Assembly (NCBI GenBank): GCA_965602015.1 | Contig: OZ271918.1 | Span: forward strand, 2,592,001 to 2,656,000 | Origin: Salinispira sp. | GTDB lineage: Bacteria > Spirochaetota > Spirochaetia > DSM-27196 > Salinispiraceae | DNA: 64,000 nucleotides | Direction: 5' to 3' | Part shown: positions 28,568 to 36,535 of the stretch, piece by piece | Layout of the letters: each line of letters opens with the position of its first letter | Position numbering within the stretch: position 1 is the stretch's first letter | Notes under the pieces: model-generated | The model's database searches: none | Seen by the model: only the letters and a program-made list of their open reading frames with translations | Told to the model about the DNA's origin: nothing | Made by a program: the position numbers and the translations under genes

Positions 28568-29527
28568 TTACAGAAAGCCGTTGCTGCGCAGGTAATCCTC
28601 GGCGACCGCCCGGGGATCTTCTCCGTTGACCGCAATGCGGGCGTTCAATCCCTGAAGAGTTACCAGATCGAGGCTGAGAAATACCGGTTCGAGTATGTCG
28701 GCGATTTCAGGATAGGCCTCAAGTACAGCGCCTCTGATTCGGGGAGCCGGCTCATACACTATTTGACTGCCCAGCGAGTCGTCCATGACCACCAGGCCGA
28801 GGGCCGCAAGCTGTCCGTCTGTGCCGTAGGCCATGGATGCGTTTACCCCTTCCTCTCCGCTGGCCGCTGCCTGTGCGGTGAGGGCCGTATTTCCGCTCGA
28901 GAATATAAGAAGCTGATCTTCAGCCATCTCAAAGCCGTAGGTCTCTTCGAAAACCTTCAAGCCCGCATTGCCTGACACGAACTCCTCGCTCCCAGCAAGC
29001 TTAACGTCGCCGCCGGCGTTCACGAACTCCGCCAGGTCCTCCAGGGTCGCCAGGTTTTCGGCCTGGGCAAGGTCGGAGCGGAGGGCGATGGCCCAGGTAT
29101 TGTTGGCCGGTGCCGGAGTGAGCCAGAAAATGTCATTGGCTGCATTGTCCAGCTCCTGAACGGCGTTGTACGCGCTCTCGGCCTGACGCCAGATAGCCTC
29201 TTCGGTCTCTCCGGAAAAAAGCCAGAATCCGTTGCCGGTGTATTCGGGATACACATCGATCTCTCCCGCCGTGATTGCTTCCCATACGATTGGCGTGGTT
29301 CCCGTCTGGGTGCGGTCGACCACATCGAATCCGTTTTCCTGCAGCATAAGGACGATAACATTGCCCAAGAGCGCTCCCTCGGTGTCGATCTTCGATCCGA
29401 CGGTTACCGGCCCCTTGAGCTCTTCAGCGGCTTCTCCGCCGCCGCCGGCAAATAGGGGAGATACTAGAGCTGCCGCCAAAATAAAGACCATTGCTGCACG
29501 TCTCACATCATTTTTCCGAAAAATCAT
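28568..29527 (-). CDS. osmF: Osmoprotectant ABC transporter substrate-binding protein (OsmF/YehZ)
   Basis: VGSKIDTEGALLG; YPEYTGNG; APANNTWAIA; AYGTDG. Confidence 0.92.
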   Translation of the reverse strand: MIFRKNDVRRAAMVFILAAALVSPLFAGGGGEAAEELKGPVTVGSKIDTEGALLGNVIVLMLQENGFDVVDRTQTGTTPIVWEAITAGEIDVYPEYTGNGFWLFSGETEEAIWRQAESAYNAVQELDNAANDIFWLTPAPANNTWAIALRSDLAQAENLATLEDLAEFVNAGGDVKLAGSEEFVSGNAGLKVFEETYGFEMAEDQLLIFSSGNTALTAQAAASGEEGVNASMAYGTDGQLAALGLVVMDDSLGSQIVYEPAPRIRGAVLEAYPEIADILEPVFLSLDLVTLQGLNARIAVNGEDPRAVAEDYLRSNGFL

Positions 29528-29729
29528 TCAAGCCTCCTTGTGACTATAAAAAGAATACTAGGTGGGCAAAAAAAAGGCAAAATAATCACCTGGTGAGTGG
29601 GTCGTTGTATTGCATGGACGGCGCCGGGCAGTTTCCTTCTGCACATGAGGACGGTATATTGCAGATACCGCCTGTATCGATGCGATTAACGGCAGGCGGC
29701 TGATTCTCAGAGAAAGCGAGGTATACGAC

Positions 29730-30743
29730 ATGAAAAATAACAGAGTCGGTAACAGCGGAATGATTGTCAGCGAGTTTACCCTGGGAACCATGCTGTTCGG
29801 CGAGGAAAGCGGCCGGAGCACACCGGAGACTGATGCCATAAGGATGGTTCACGCATACCTCGACAAGGGCGGTAATCACATCGATACGGCTAACGTGTAC
29901 GCCGACGGTCGCAGCGAAGAGATCATCGCAAAAGCTCTTGTTGGAGGCAAGCGGGACCAGGTGAGCATCGCCACCAAGGTGCGATTCGGCGGCTCGCCGG
30001 AAATCGATCTCGGCGGCGGTCTGAGCCGACGGATGATAATCAAGCATGCGGAAGAAAGCCTCCGACGTTTAAACAGCGATGTGATCGACCTCTATTACAT
30101 GCATGGCTGGGACCCGGCCACGCCCATTGATGAAAGCCTGCAGGCCTTCGACGACCTGGTTCGATCGGGAAAGGTGCGGTACATCGGGGTAAGCAACTTC
30201 AAAGCATGGCAGGTAATGCAGGCATTGGGTCTGAGTGGACAAAACGGCTGGGCGAGGATGATTGCCGGTCAGTATCAGTACAGTCTGGTGGTACGGGACA
30301 TAGAGCACGAGTATAAAAGTCTGTTTGAACAGCAGGGCGTGGGCTGTATGCCCTGGGGCCCTCTCGGGGGAGGGTTTCTCTCCGGCAAGTACCGCAGGGA
30401 GCAGGCTCCTGCAGAAGGCAGAATTTCCCAGAGCGGCGAGGACCTTGAAGAATCCTGGGCCCGAAGGGCGACGGAGCGAAACTGGAAGATTCTCGATGCG
30501 GTGGAGCACATAGCCCGGGAGCGAAACGCGACAATTCCCCAAATCTCCCTGGCGTGGCTTAAGGCACAGCCGATGGTCAGCAGCGTCATCATTGGGGCGC
30601 GCACCCTGGCCCAGTTCGAAGATAACATCGGGGCAGCCGACATCACCCTTGACGCCGATGAGCTGGAAACCCTAGACGCGGTCAGCGCATTGCCCGATCT
30701 GTACCCCTACCGAATGATGAAGGCCTATGGGATGGACGGCTAA
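29730..30743 (+). CDS. Aldo/keto reductase
   Basis: LGTM; IDTANVY; IATK; IDLYYMH; GVSN; PWGPLGGG. Confidence 0.95.
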   Translation: MKNNRVGNSGMIVSEFTLGTMLFGEESGRSTPETDAIRMVHAYLDKGGNHIDTANVYADGRSEEIIAKALVGGKRDQVSIATKVRFGGSPEIDLGGGLSRRMIIKHAEESLRRLNSDVIDLYYMHGWDPATPIDESLQAFDDLVRSGKVRYIGVSNFKAWQVMQALGLSGQNGWARMIAGQYQYSLVVRDIEHEYKSLFEQQGVGCMPWGPLGGGFLSGKYRREQAPAEGRISQSGEDLEESWARRATERNWKILDAVEHIARERNATIPQISLAWLKAQPMVSSVIIGARTLAQFEDNIGAADITLDADELETLDAVSALPDLYPYRMMKAYGMDG

Positions 30744-30816
30744 TTACCGGTAGCAAAAAATCCGTCCGCCGGTGTTTATACACAAGATCTTTATTCAGAT
30801 CGTTATTTGGGTGGAC

Positions 30817-31380
30817 ATGATGAAAACATTTATCGGACTGGCGCTTCTGGCAGGACTTGCATTTTTATCCCCGATTTTCGCCGACGGTGAGTCGGAGAAC
30901 TTTCCGGGCAGCGCGATGGTAATGACAGACTGGGCTGACCTGAAGGGATTCAGAGAAATCAGCAATCAAACAAGCGCAGACGTCATTATCCAGCCCAGAG
31001 AAGACTGGAATGTGGAAGTCACCGGACCGGAAGCCCAGCTGGGGCGATTGGGCATCGCGGTACGGTGCGACGCCCTTATCATCATGAAAAAATCCGGACT
31101 TGCAGGCACCGGCTGGTTAGACGACATCCGAATATCCATTTCACTTCCAGAACTTCGCTCGCTTCGAGTCAACGATTCTGGAGACGCCACCGTACAGAAG
31201 GTCATTGAAACTGAACATCTTACTCTGCACACAAACGGATCGGGTAACATCATCGCCCAAGCCCGGAGCGAGTCGCTTGCCGCAAGGACCAGCGGCAGCG
31301 GCAATCTTACTTACCTGGGGACTCCAGATGAAATCCTCAGCCGGGAAACCGGAAGCGGGCGGGTGCGAAACGCCGAGTAA
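30817..31380 (+). CDS. Secreted DUF2807 / GIN-domain beta-helix protein
   Basis: Signal peptide; repeated xGSG motifs (NDSGD, NGSGN, SGSGN, TGSGR); YLGTP. Confidence 0.75.
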   Translation: MMKTFIGLALLAGLAFLSPIFADGESENFPGSAMVMTDWADLKGFREISNQTSADVIIQPREDWNVEVTGPEAQLGRLGIAVRCDALIIMKKSGLAGTGWLDDIRISISLPELRSLRVNDSGDATVQKVIETEHLTLHTNGSGNIIAQARSESLAARTSGSGNLTYLGTPDEILSRETGSGRVRNAE

Positions 31381-31382
31381 GG

Positions 31383-32018
31383 TTAGTTGCTCACCACCGG
31401 CGCACGGCGAACGTACTCGGACTGCTCGAGTTCCCGAAGCATTGCCTGCGAAAGATCTCCACGGCTGAGTTTGGGAGCGGTACCCTTTCCAAGATATCCG
31501 TAGCGGACTGGTTTTTTTCCTGCCGGCTCGTCGGTGAGCATGGGAATTCTGACCATAGTCCAATCAATATCGTTCGCGCTTCTAATAAGTCCCGCGGTTT
31601 TTACCCCATCTTCCCACGCGGACTTTGCAATGAGCCTGATGAGGCCGCCCATTAAAGACCCCACAAAGGTCTTACCGTCGTGCTCATCACCCACCCCGGC
31701 TCCGGCGGACATAACCAGGGGCTTCACCCCGTGTTTTTTCATTCCTTCAATGACATTTTGCATTGAGCGGTAAAAAGTCAGGGGCTGGGCCTTCGGATTC
31801 ACTCCGAGCAGGCTGATAACCGCATCACATCCCTCAATGGCAGAGACCACATCATCGCTGTGAAGTGCATCGCCTTGGGTGATGCGCAAATTGGGGTGAT
31901 CAAAACCGATTTTCTCAGGGTTTCGGGCAAAAGCTTGAACTTTATGCCCCTGTTCGAGGGCATCCTTGAGAAGCAGCAATCCGGTTTTACCGGTTGAGCC
32001 GAATACTGTAATGTTCAT
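31383..32018 (-). CDS. NAD(P)H-binding oxidoreductase (flavin reductase / BVR-B-like)
   Basis: ITVFGSTGKTG; DWTMVR; SRGDL. Confidence 0.9.
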   Translation of the reverse strand: MNITVFGSTGKTGLLLLKDALEQGHKVQAFARNPEKIGFDHPNLRITQGDALHSDDVVSAIEGCDAVISLLGVNPKAQPLTFYRSMQNVIEGMKKHGVKPLVMSAGAGVGDEHDGKTFVGSLMGGLIRLIAKSAWEDGVKTAGLIRSANDIDWTMVRIPMLTDEPAGKKPVRYGYLGKGTAPKLSRGDLSQAMLRELEQSEYVRRAPVVSN

Positions 32019-32046
32019 GTCGACTCCTGGGGTACTACTTATTTTT

Positions 32047-32142
32047 GTTGTGTACGCAATAATATGGTTTGAAATAGGAACCAGGTCAAGCAGATTTGAT
32101 TGACCTATAGAACAAAACCACGTATATTATTGCGTACGCAAC
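32047..32142. promoter_or_regulatory. Mirror-image divergent promoters with palindromic operators (probably MarR)
   Basis: TTGCGTACGCAA (32130-32141) and TTGTGTACGCAA (32048-32059); 18/19-nt inverted match; TTGACC -35 on each strand. Confidence 0.75.
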
Positions 32143-32158
32143 TATATTAGGAGATTGT

Positions 32159-33019
32159 ATGAATGATAAGTATTTCGTAACCGGGGCAACGGGAAATGTG
32201 GGGGCTGAAGTTGTTTATCACCTGACGGCCAAAGGGAAGCATGTCATCGCCGCCAAGCTGGCGCACGAGACCACCACAGATCGGGAAAACCTGGAATACC
32301 GCGTTTTTGACTTTACCGATGAAAAAACCTGGGAAGATTGTATGGACGGCGTGAACAAGGTGTTTCTCATGAGACCCCCGCATATCTCGAACATAAAACG
32401 GGATATGTACCCCTTTTTGCGTTTTCTGGCTCAACGCGGAGTAAAACAGATAGTATTTCTATCGGTTCAGGGAGTAGAGGGCAACAAGATGGTTCCCCAC
32501 TATGATGTGGAGCAGGCATGCCTTGAACTGGCGCTTCCCTACACCTTTGTGCGTCCCAGCTTTTTTATGCAGAATCTTACTACGACCCACCTTGATGAAA
32601 TCAGGGATGAAAAGCAACTCATGATCCCCGCCGGCAAAGGGCGAACCAATTTTATTGATGTGAGGGATATCGGAGAAATAATGGCGAAGATGTTTTTTGA
32701 CGACAGCCATATTCGCCGAGCCTACACGGTTACCGGGCAAACCAGCTTCAGCTATTCGGAGGTCGCTGCAAAACTGAGTGAAGGCCTGGGAGAAGAAATC
32801 AGGTACGCGAATCCCGGGGCGTTGCGCTTTATTGGGTATCATCGTAAAAAAGGAAGAAAACTGGCGATGACCCTGGTGATGCTCGCGCTGTACACCATCG
32901 TTAGGCTTGGAAAAGGGGATATCAGCACCGACACGTCAGAGCTTATTCTTGGCCGCAAGCCTCGAACTCTCGATGATTTTATCTCGGACAATAGAAACCT
33001 GCTCTTGGGGCAGGAGTGA
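32159..33019 (+). CDS. NmrA-like atypical SDR oxidoreductase
   Basis: VTGATGNVG; RPSFFMQN; FIDVRDIG. Confidence 0.9.
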   Translation: MNDKYFVTGATGNVGAEVVYHLTAKGKHVIAAKLAHETTTDRENLEYRVFDFTDEKTWEDCMDGVNKVFLMRPPHISNIKRDMYPFLRFLAQRGVKQIVFLSVQGVEGNKMVPHYDVEQACLELALPYTFVRPSFFMQNLTTTHLDEIRDEKQLMIPAGKGRTNFIDVRDIGEIMAKMFFDDSHIRRAYTVTGQTSFSYSEVAAKLSEGLGEEIRYANPGALRFIGYHRKKGRKLAMTLVMLALYTIVRLGKGDISTDTSELILGRKPRTLDDFISDNRNLLLGQE

Positions 33020-33133
33020 TAGCCGCCTCATTTCCGCAGAGCGTGATTCGCCAGTATGTATTCTCTGTTCGTTCCGGCTGTAAACCAGCGTCCAATCGCC
33101 GTATACTGTGATACGATATAGTGGATAGCATAT

Positions 33134-33607
33134 ATGAGAGAAGAAGAAATCAGTCCGCAAGAAAACCGCATGCCTCTGCCCGGGCTCGACGACGATGACC
33201 CGGGCTTTGGCTTGTGGATTTCCATCATCAACAGAAGCGCCTTGAGCTATTTCCAGTTTTATCTTCGGGACATAAAGGTCGGTCCCGGACAACAGGCCTA
33301 CCTTTTGGCGATCCGACCCGATGAAACCATTAAGCAGGAAGAGCTGGTCAAGCGCCTTCGGGTGGACCGGGCAAACGTTACCCGGGCGCTTCAGAGCCTC
33401 GAAAAAGCCGGTCACATTACTCGCCAAAGCGATCCTGGAGATAAACGGATAAAGAACATCAGTCTGAGTAAAAAAGGCGTACAAGTACGGTCGCAGGTGC
33501 GCGAGGTAGCCAAAGGCTGGATTGAAATCCTGAAATCCAAGGTGAGCCCTGATGAGTGGGATCAGGTTCAACAGATTCTCGGTAAAATCGCCCGTGGACT
33601 GGAATGA
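33134..33607 (+). CDS. MarR-family regulator
   Basis: QEEL...DRANVTRALQSLEKAGHI.R..DPGDKR. Confidence 0.92.
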   Translation: MREEEISPQENRMPLPGLDDDDPGFGLWISIINRSALSYFQFYLRDIKVGPGQQAYLLAIRPDETIKQEELVKRLRVDRANVTRALQSLEKAGHITRQSDPGDKRIKNISLSKKGVQVRSQVREVAKGWIEILKSKVSPDEWDQVQQILGKIARGLE

Positions 33608-33679
33608 CCCGGGTAGTTCCGTAAAGATAAGTCAGGCGATCGGTCAGCGAGCCTCAACAAGGGTAGTCAGGACCACAGA

Positions 33680-33703
33680 AAATCAGCTGTTTTGGGGGCA
33701 CTA
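33680..33703 (-). repeat. Further copy of the 24-bp element terminus
   Basis: Reverse complement TAGTGCCCCCAAAACAGCTGATTT matches 20955-20978 at 23/24 positions. Confidence 0.7.
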
Positions 33704-33708
33704 ACTGC

Positions 33709-35805
33709 CTATGTGGTTGTGAATGAGTTGAACTGTTCCGCCAGACCCTTTGCCAGACCTTCTAATTCCTTCCCGATTTCCTTGAGCTTTTTCATTTCAT
33801 CGACAAGCACGCTTGCCTGATCATTAATATTCGCCACGCCGGTGGACACTTCCGACGACTGCTCGCGGATGGTGGTCAGGGAGTTGCTGGTCATTTCGAC
33901 GCCTTTTCGGATTTCAGCGGAACCCTGATGCACCTGATTGGTGACGTTGTTTATTTCCTGGGTGGCATCCATGATCTGCTTTCCCCCGAGCGTCAATTCT
34001 GAGACCGACTGCTCAATCTCGTTGAAGGCGTTTACCGTCGATTGAACCTCCGCAGCGATGAGCTCGAACGATGTAATCGAGCCGCTGACGCTCTTGTTTG
34101 TGTTTTCAACGGCTGATGTGACCTCACTGATGAGGTTGGAGATGGCGCTGGAGGAATTCCCCGCTGTTTCGGCGAGCTTCCGTATTTCCTCGGCGACCAC
34201 CGCGAACCCCCGGCCCGAATCCCCCGCATGAGCAGCCTCGATGGCGGCGTTCATGGAGAGCAGGTTCGTCTGGGAGGCGATGTCATTTATCGCCGTTGCC
34301 ATGTCCTGAATGCGCTGCACGTTATCCACCACGATGGAAAACTCTTTAGAGGTTTCTTCGATGCTGTTCTGGCCCTCCTCGGCGGTGGCTTTTAGCTTGA
34401 GGGTGGATTCGTACTTCGTACTGGTGATGGAACCCACATTGGACAGGGAGGCTATCATCTGATTGATGGCCGCGGTGGATTCTTCGACCATGGCCGCCTG
34501 GCTGTTTATGAGGTTGTCGAATGAAACGGTGTTTGATGAGATTTCCTCAACCGCGCTGGCGCTCTCGGATATTCCCGAGTTCATTTTCTTGAGTTGTTCT
34601 TCGATATCGCTGATACTGTCATCGATGTCCTGGGTTGAGTTGACGGCGGTACTGCTGCTTTGAGACAGTTCGCTGCTGGAATCGCCAATGGTGTGTACCG
34701 CACTTTGAATATCGATTATTAACGCCTGCAGCTTTTCGACGAAGGCATTAAAATACCCCGCAACGGTTCCGATTTCATCTTTGGAACTCAGGGATATCCG
34801 TCTGGTAAGGTCCGCATCGCCTGAGGATATTTCCTGGAGGGAATCGCCGAGCTGTCTCAGGGGCCGGATGATCCGTCGGATAATCACGACCAGGCTGGTA
34901 AACAGCACAAAAAGCGAAACCAGGGCGGTCACCAATAGGGACACGACGATGGGAGTCAGCCTGTCAAGGTAAAAGGCGGTGGGGGTGGTGGTGACCACAA
35001 GCCCGACATCGGTCTCGCGGAAACTGGCGAAGAAATCCGTGTCTCCCAGGCTGTATTCCAGGGTCCCGCTTCCCTGCTCGAGTATGTCCTGGGCATATTC
35101 AAGGTCTGAGTAGGACTCGCCCACCAGCGTACCGTCGGAATGATACAAAACCTCGAGACTTTCGGGGTCAACAATGTACGAAAATGCCCCGCCCCGGTAG
35201 GGGTAGTTGGCAATGAGGGTCTGGGGACTGCTGGTTTCTATGAGCTGCTGAAGTTCCTCGGGCCTGACGCCGATCTGAAGCAGGCCGCGCTGATTCTCAA
35301 GGGGGACTCCGATGTACTGAAAGAGCACGCCGTCTACCGCCCGGAATTGGGGTTCCTGGGCAAGCTCGAAATTTTTGTCATCGATCATTCTGAGGAAGGG
35401 CCGGGTTTGATCGTTGGTATTAAAATCAAATCCGTAAAAACCCGAGATTGACCCGGCGTACAGAATTCCGTTTTCATCGATTACGTGTATTTCATCGACC
35501 TGCACCAGTTCGGCGATGCCCTGCATAAATGCCTCATCGGGTTCCTCCGGTGGATTTTCGAAAATAAAGGCGATGCTTCGGGCGATTCTCAAATAATTGG
35601 TATTCAGGGATTGTCGGAGCACTTCTATGTCATCGGCGGATTGATCAAGCCGCGAGGTAATATCGTCGAGAATGCCGTTCATCGCCAGTTCCATCTGGGT
35701 CCGGATTTCCCGGGAAATGTTGGTGTAGGCGATAAGGCTTACCACGAAGAGGGCTGCCAAAAGAAGGATAGACACAGGCACGATTATCTTGTTCGAAATT
35801 TTCAT
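33709..35805 (-). CDS. Methyl-accepting chemotaxis protein (Cache-like sensor, HAMP)
   Basis: Two TMs; [46 protein letters not shown]. Confidence 0.96.
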   Translation of the reverse strand: MKISNKIIVPVSILLLAALFVVSLIAYTNISREIRTQMELAMNGILDDITSRLDQSADDIEVLRQSLNTNYLRIARSIAFIFENPPEEPDEAFMQGIAELVQVDEIHVIDENGILYAGSISGFYGFDFNTNDQTRPFLRMIDDKNFELAQEPQFRAVDGVLFQYIGVPLENQRGLLQIGVRPEELQQLIETSSPQTLIANYPYRGGAFSYIVDPESLEVLYHSDGTLVGESYSDLEYAQDILEQGSGTLEYSLGDTDFFASFRETDVGLVVTTTPTAFYLDRLTPIVVSLLVTALVSLFVLFTSLVVIIRRIIRPLRQLGDSLQEISSGDADLTRRISLSSKDEIGTVAGYFNAFVEKLQALIIDIQSAVHTIGDSSSELSQSSSTAVNSTQDIDDSISDIEEQLKKMNSGISESASAVEEISSNTVSFDNLINSQAAMVEESTAAINQMIASLSNVGSITSTKYESTLKLKATAEEGQNSIEETSKEFSIVVDNVQRIQDMATAINDIASQTNLLSMNAAIEAAHAGDSGRGFAVVAEEIRKLAETAGNSSSAISNLISEVTSAVENTNKSVSGSITSFELIAAEVQSTVNAFNEIEQSVSELTLGGKQIMDATQEINNVTNQVHQGSAEIRKGVEMTSNSLTTIREQSSEVSTGVANINDQASVLVDEMKKLKEIGKELEGLAKGLAEQFNSFTTT

Positions 35806-35897
35806 CGGAAATGCTCCTCATATAAATATAAGGGATGCCCGACAAAAATGCCCAGAAATCAATGAGGAGCCCCGCGGCAAGACAGGCTTCTGTGCAG

Positions 35898-36419
35898 TTA
35901 GCGGCTTCGTTCCAGCCGTATGCCAACCTGACCGGCATAATTGGTTTTTGAACCTTCGATATACACCCGGATCGACTGACCGAGGGCCGAAAAGTTTGCG
36001 GCGGGTGCCCGGCTGCCGTCAGGAGTATAGCCTCCCACCGCGTCGTAGAGCGAGGTATGCTCCGCATAATCATAGTCTACCTGGGCGGGTTCGCTATCCG
36101 GGTCATAGGGCACATTGTCGGCCTGAAGTACCATAAACCAGACTGCTTCTATGGGATTCTCAACACCTGAAGCGCCGTGACGGTCGGCATTATAATCATC
36201 GACCACATACAGGGCGTAGCTGTTTCCCTGGGTAACGGAAAAATCGATGGTTAGGGTTTCTCCGGCTGACAGGTCGACCACCAGCCATTCATTAAGTGCC
36301 AGTTCTTCCTGACGTGAGCCTTGTATTGCCGAATTGATTTCTTCCATTTCGAGGGCGGAAATGCCCAGTGCCAGTATCAAAACTGCAATTAATCCGATTA
36401 CAAATCGCTTATTACTCAT
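35898..36419 (-). CDS. Secreted protein made of one copy of the domain repeated in the YfcC tail
   Basis: Signal peptide from ATG 36419 (GGAGG RBS); DLSAGE...YALYVVDDYN...YIEGSKTNYAGQVGIRLER. Confidence 0.85.
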   Translation of the reverse strand: MSNKRFVIGLIAVLILALGISALEMEEINSAIQGSRQEELALNEWLVVDLSAGETLTIDFSVTQGNSYALYVVDDYNADRHGASGVENPIEAVWFMVLQADNVPYDPDSEPAQVDYDYAEHTSLYDAVGGYTPDGSRAPAANFSALGQSIRVYIEGSKTNYAGQVGIRLERSR

Positions 36420-36535
36420 TCTTCCTCCGTGGATACATACCTGTTCTTCCCTAATTACAGAAGGCGGACTGGACGTTAGCCCTACCCGCTCCTCCATAAT
36501 TGCGCTTCTGCCAAAAATAATTCAAGCCCTGATCA

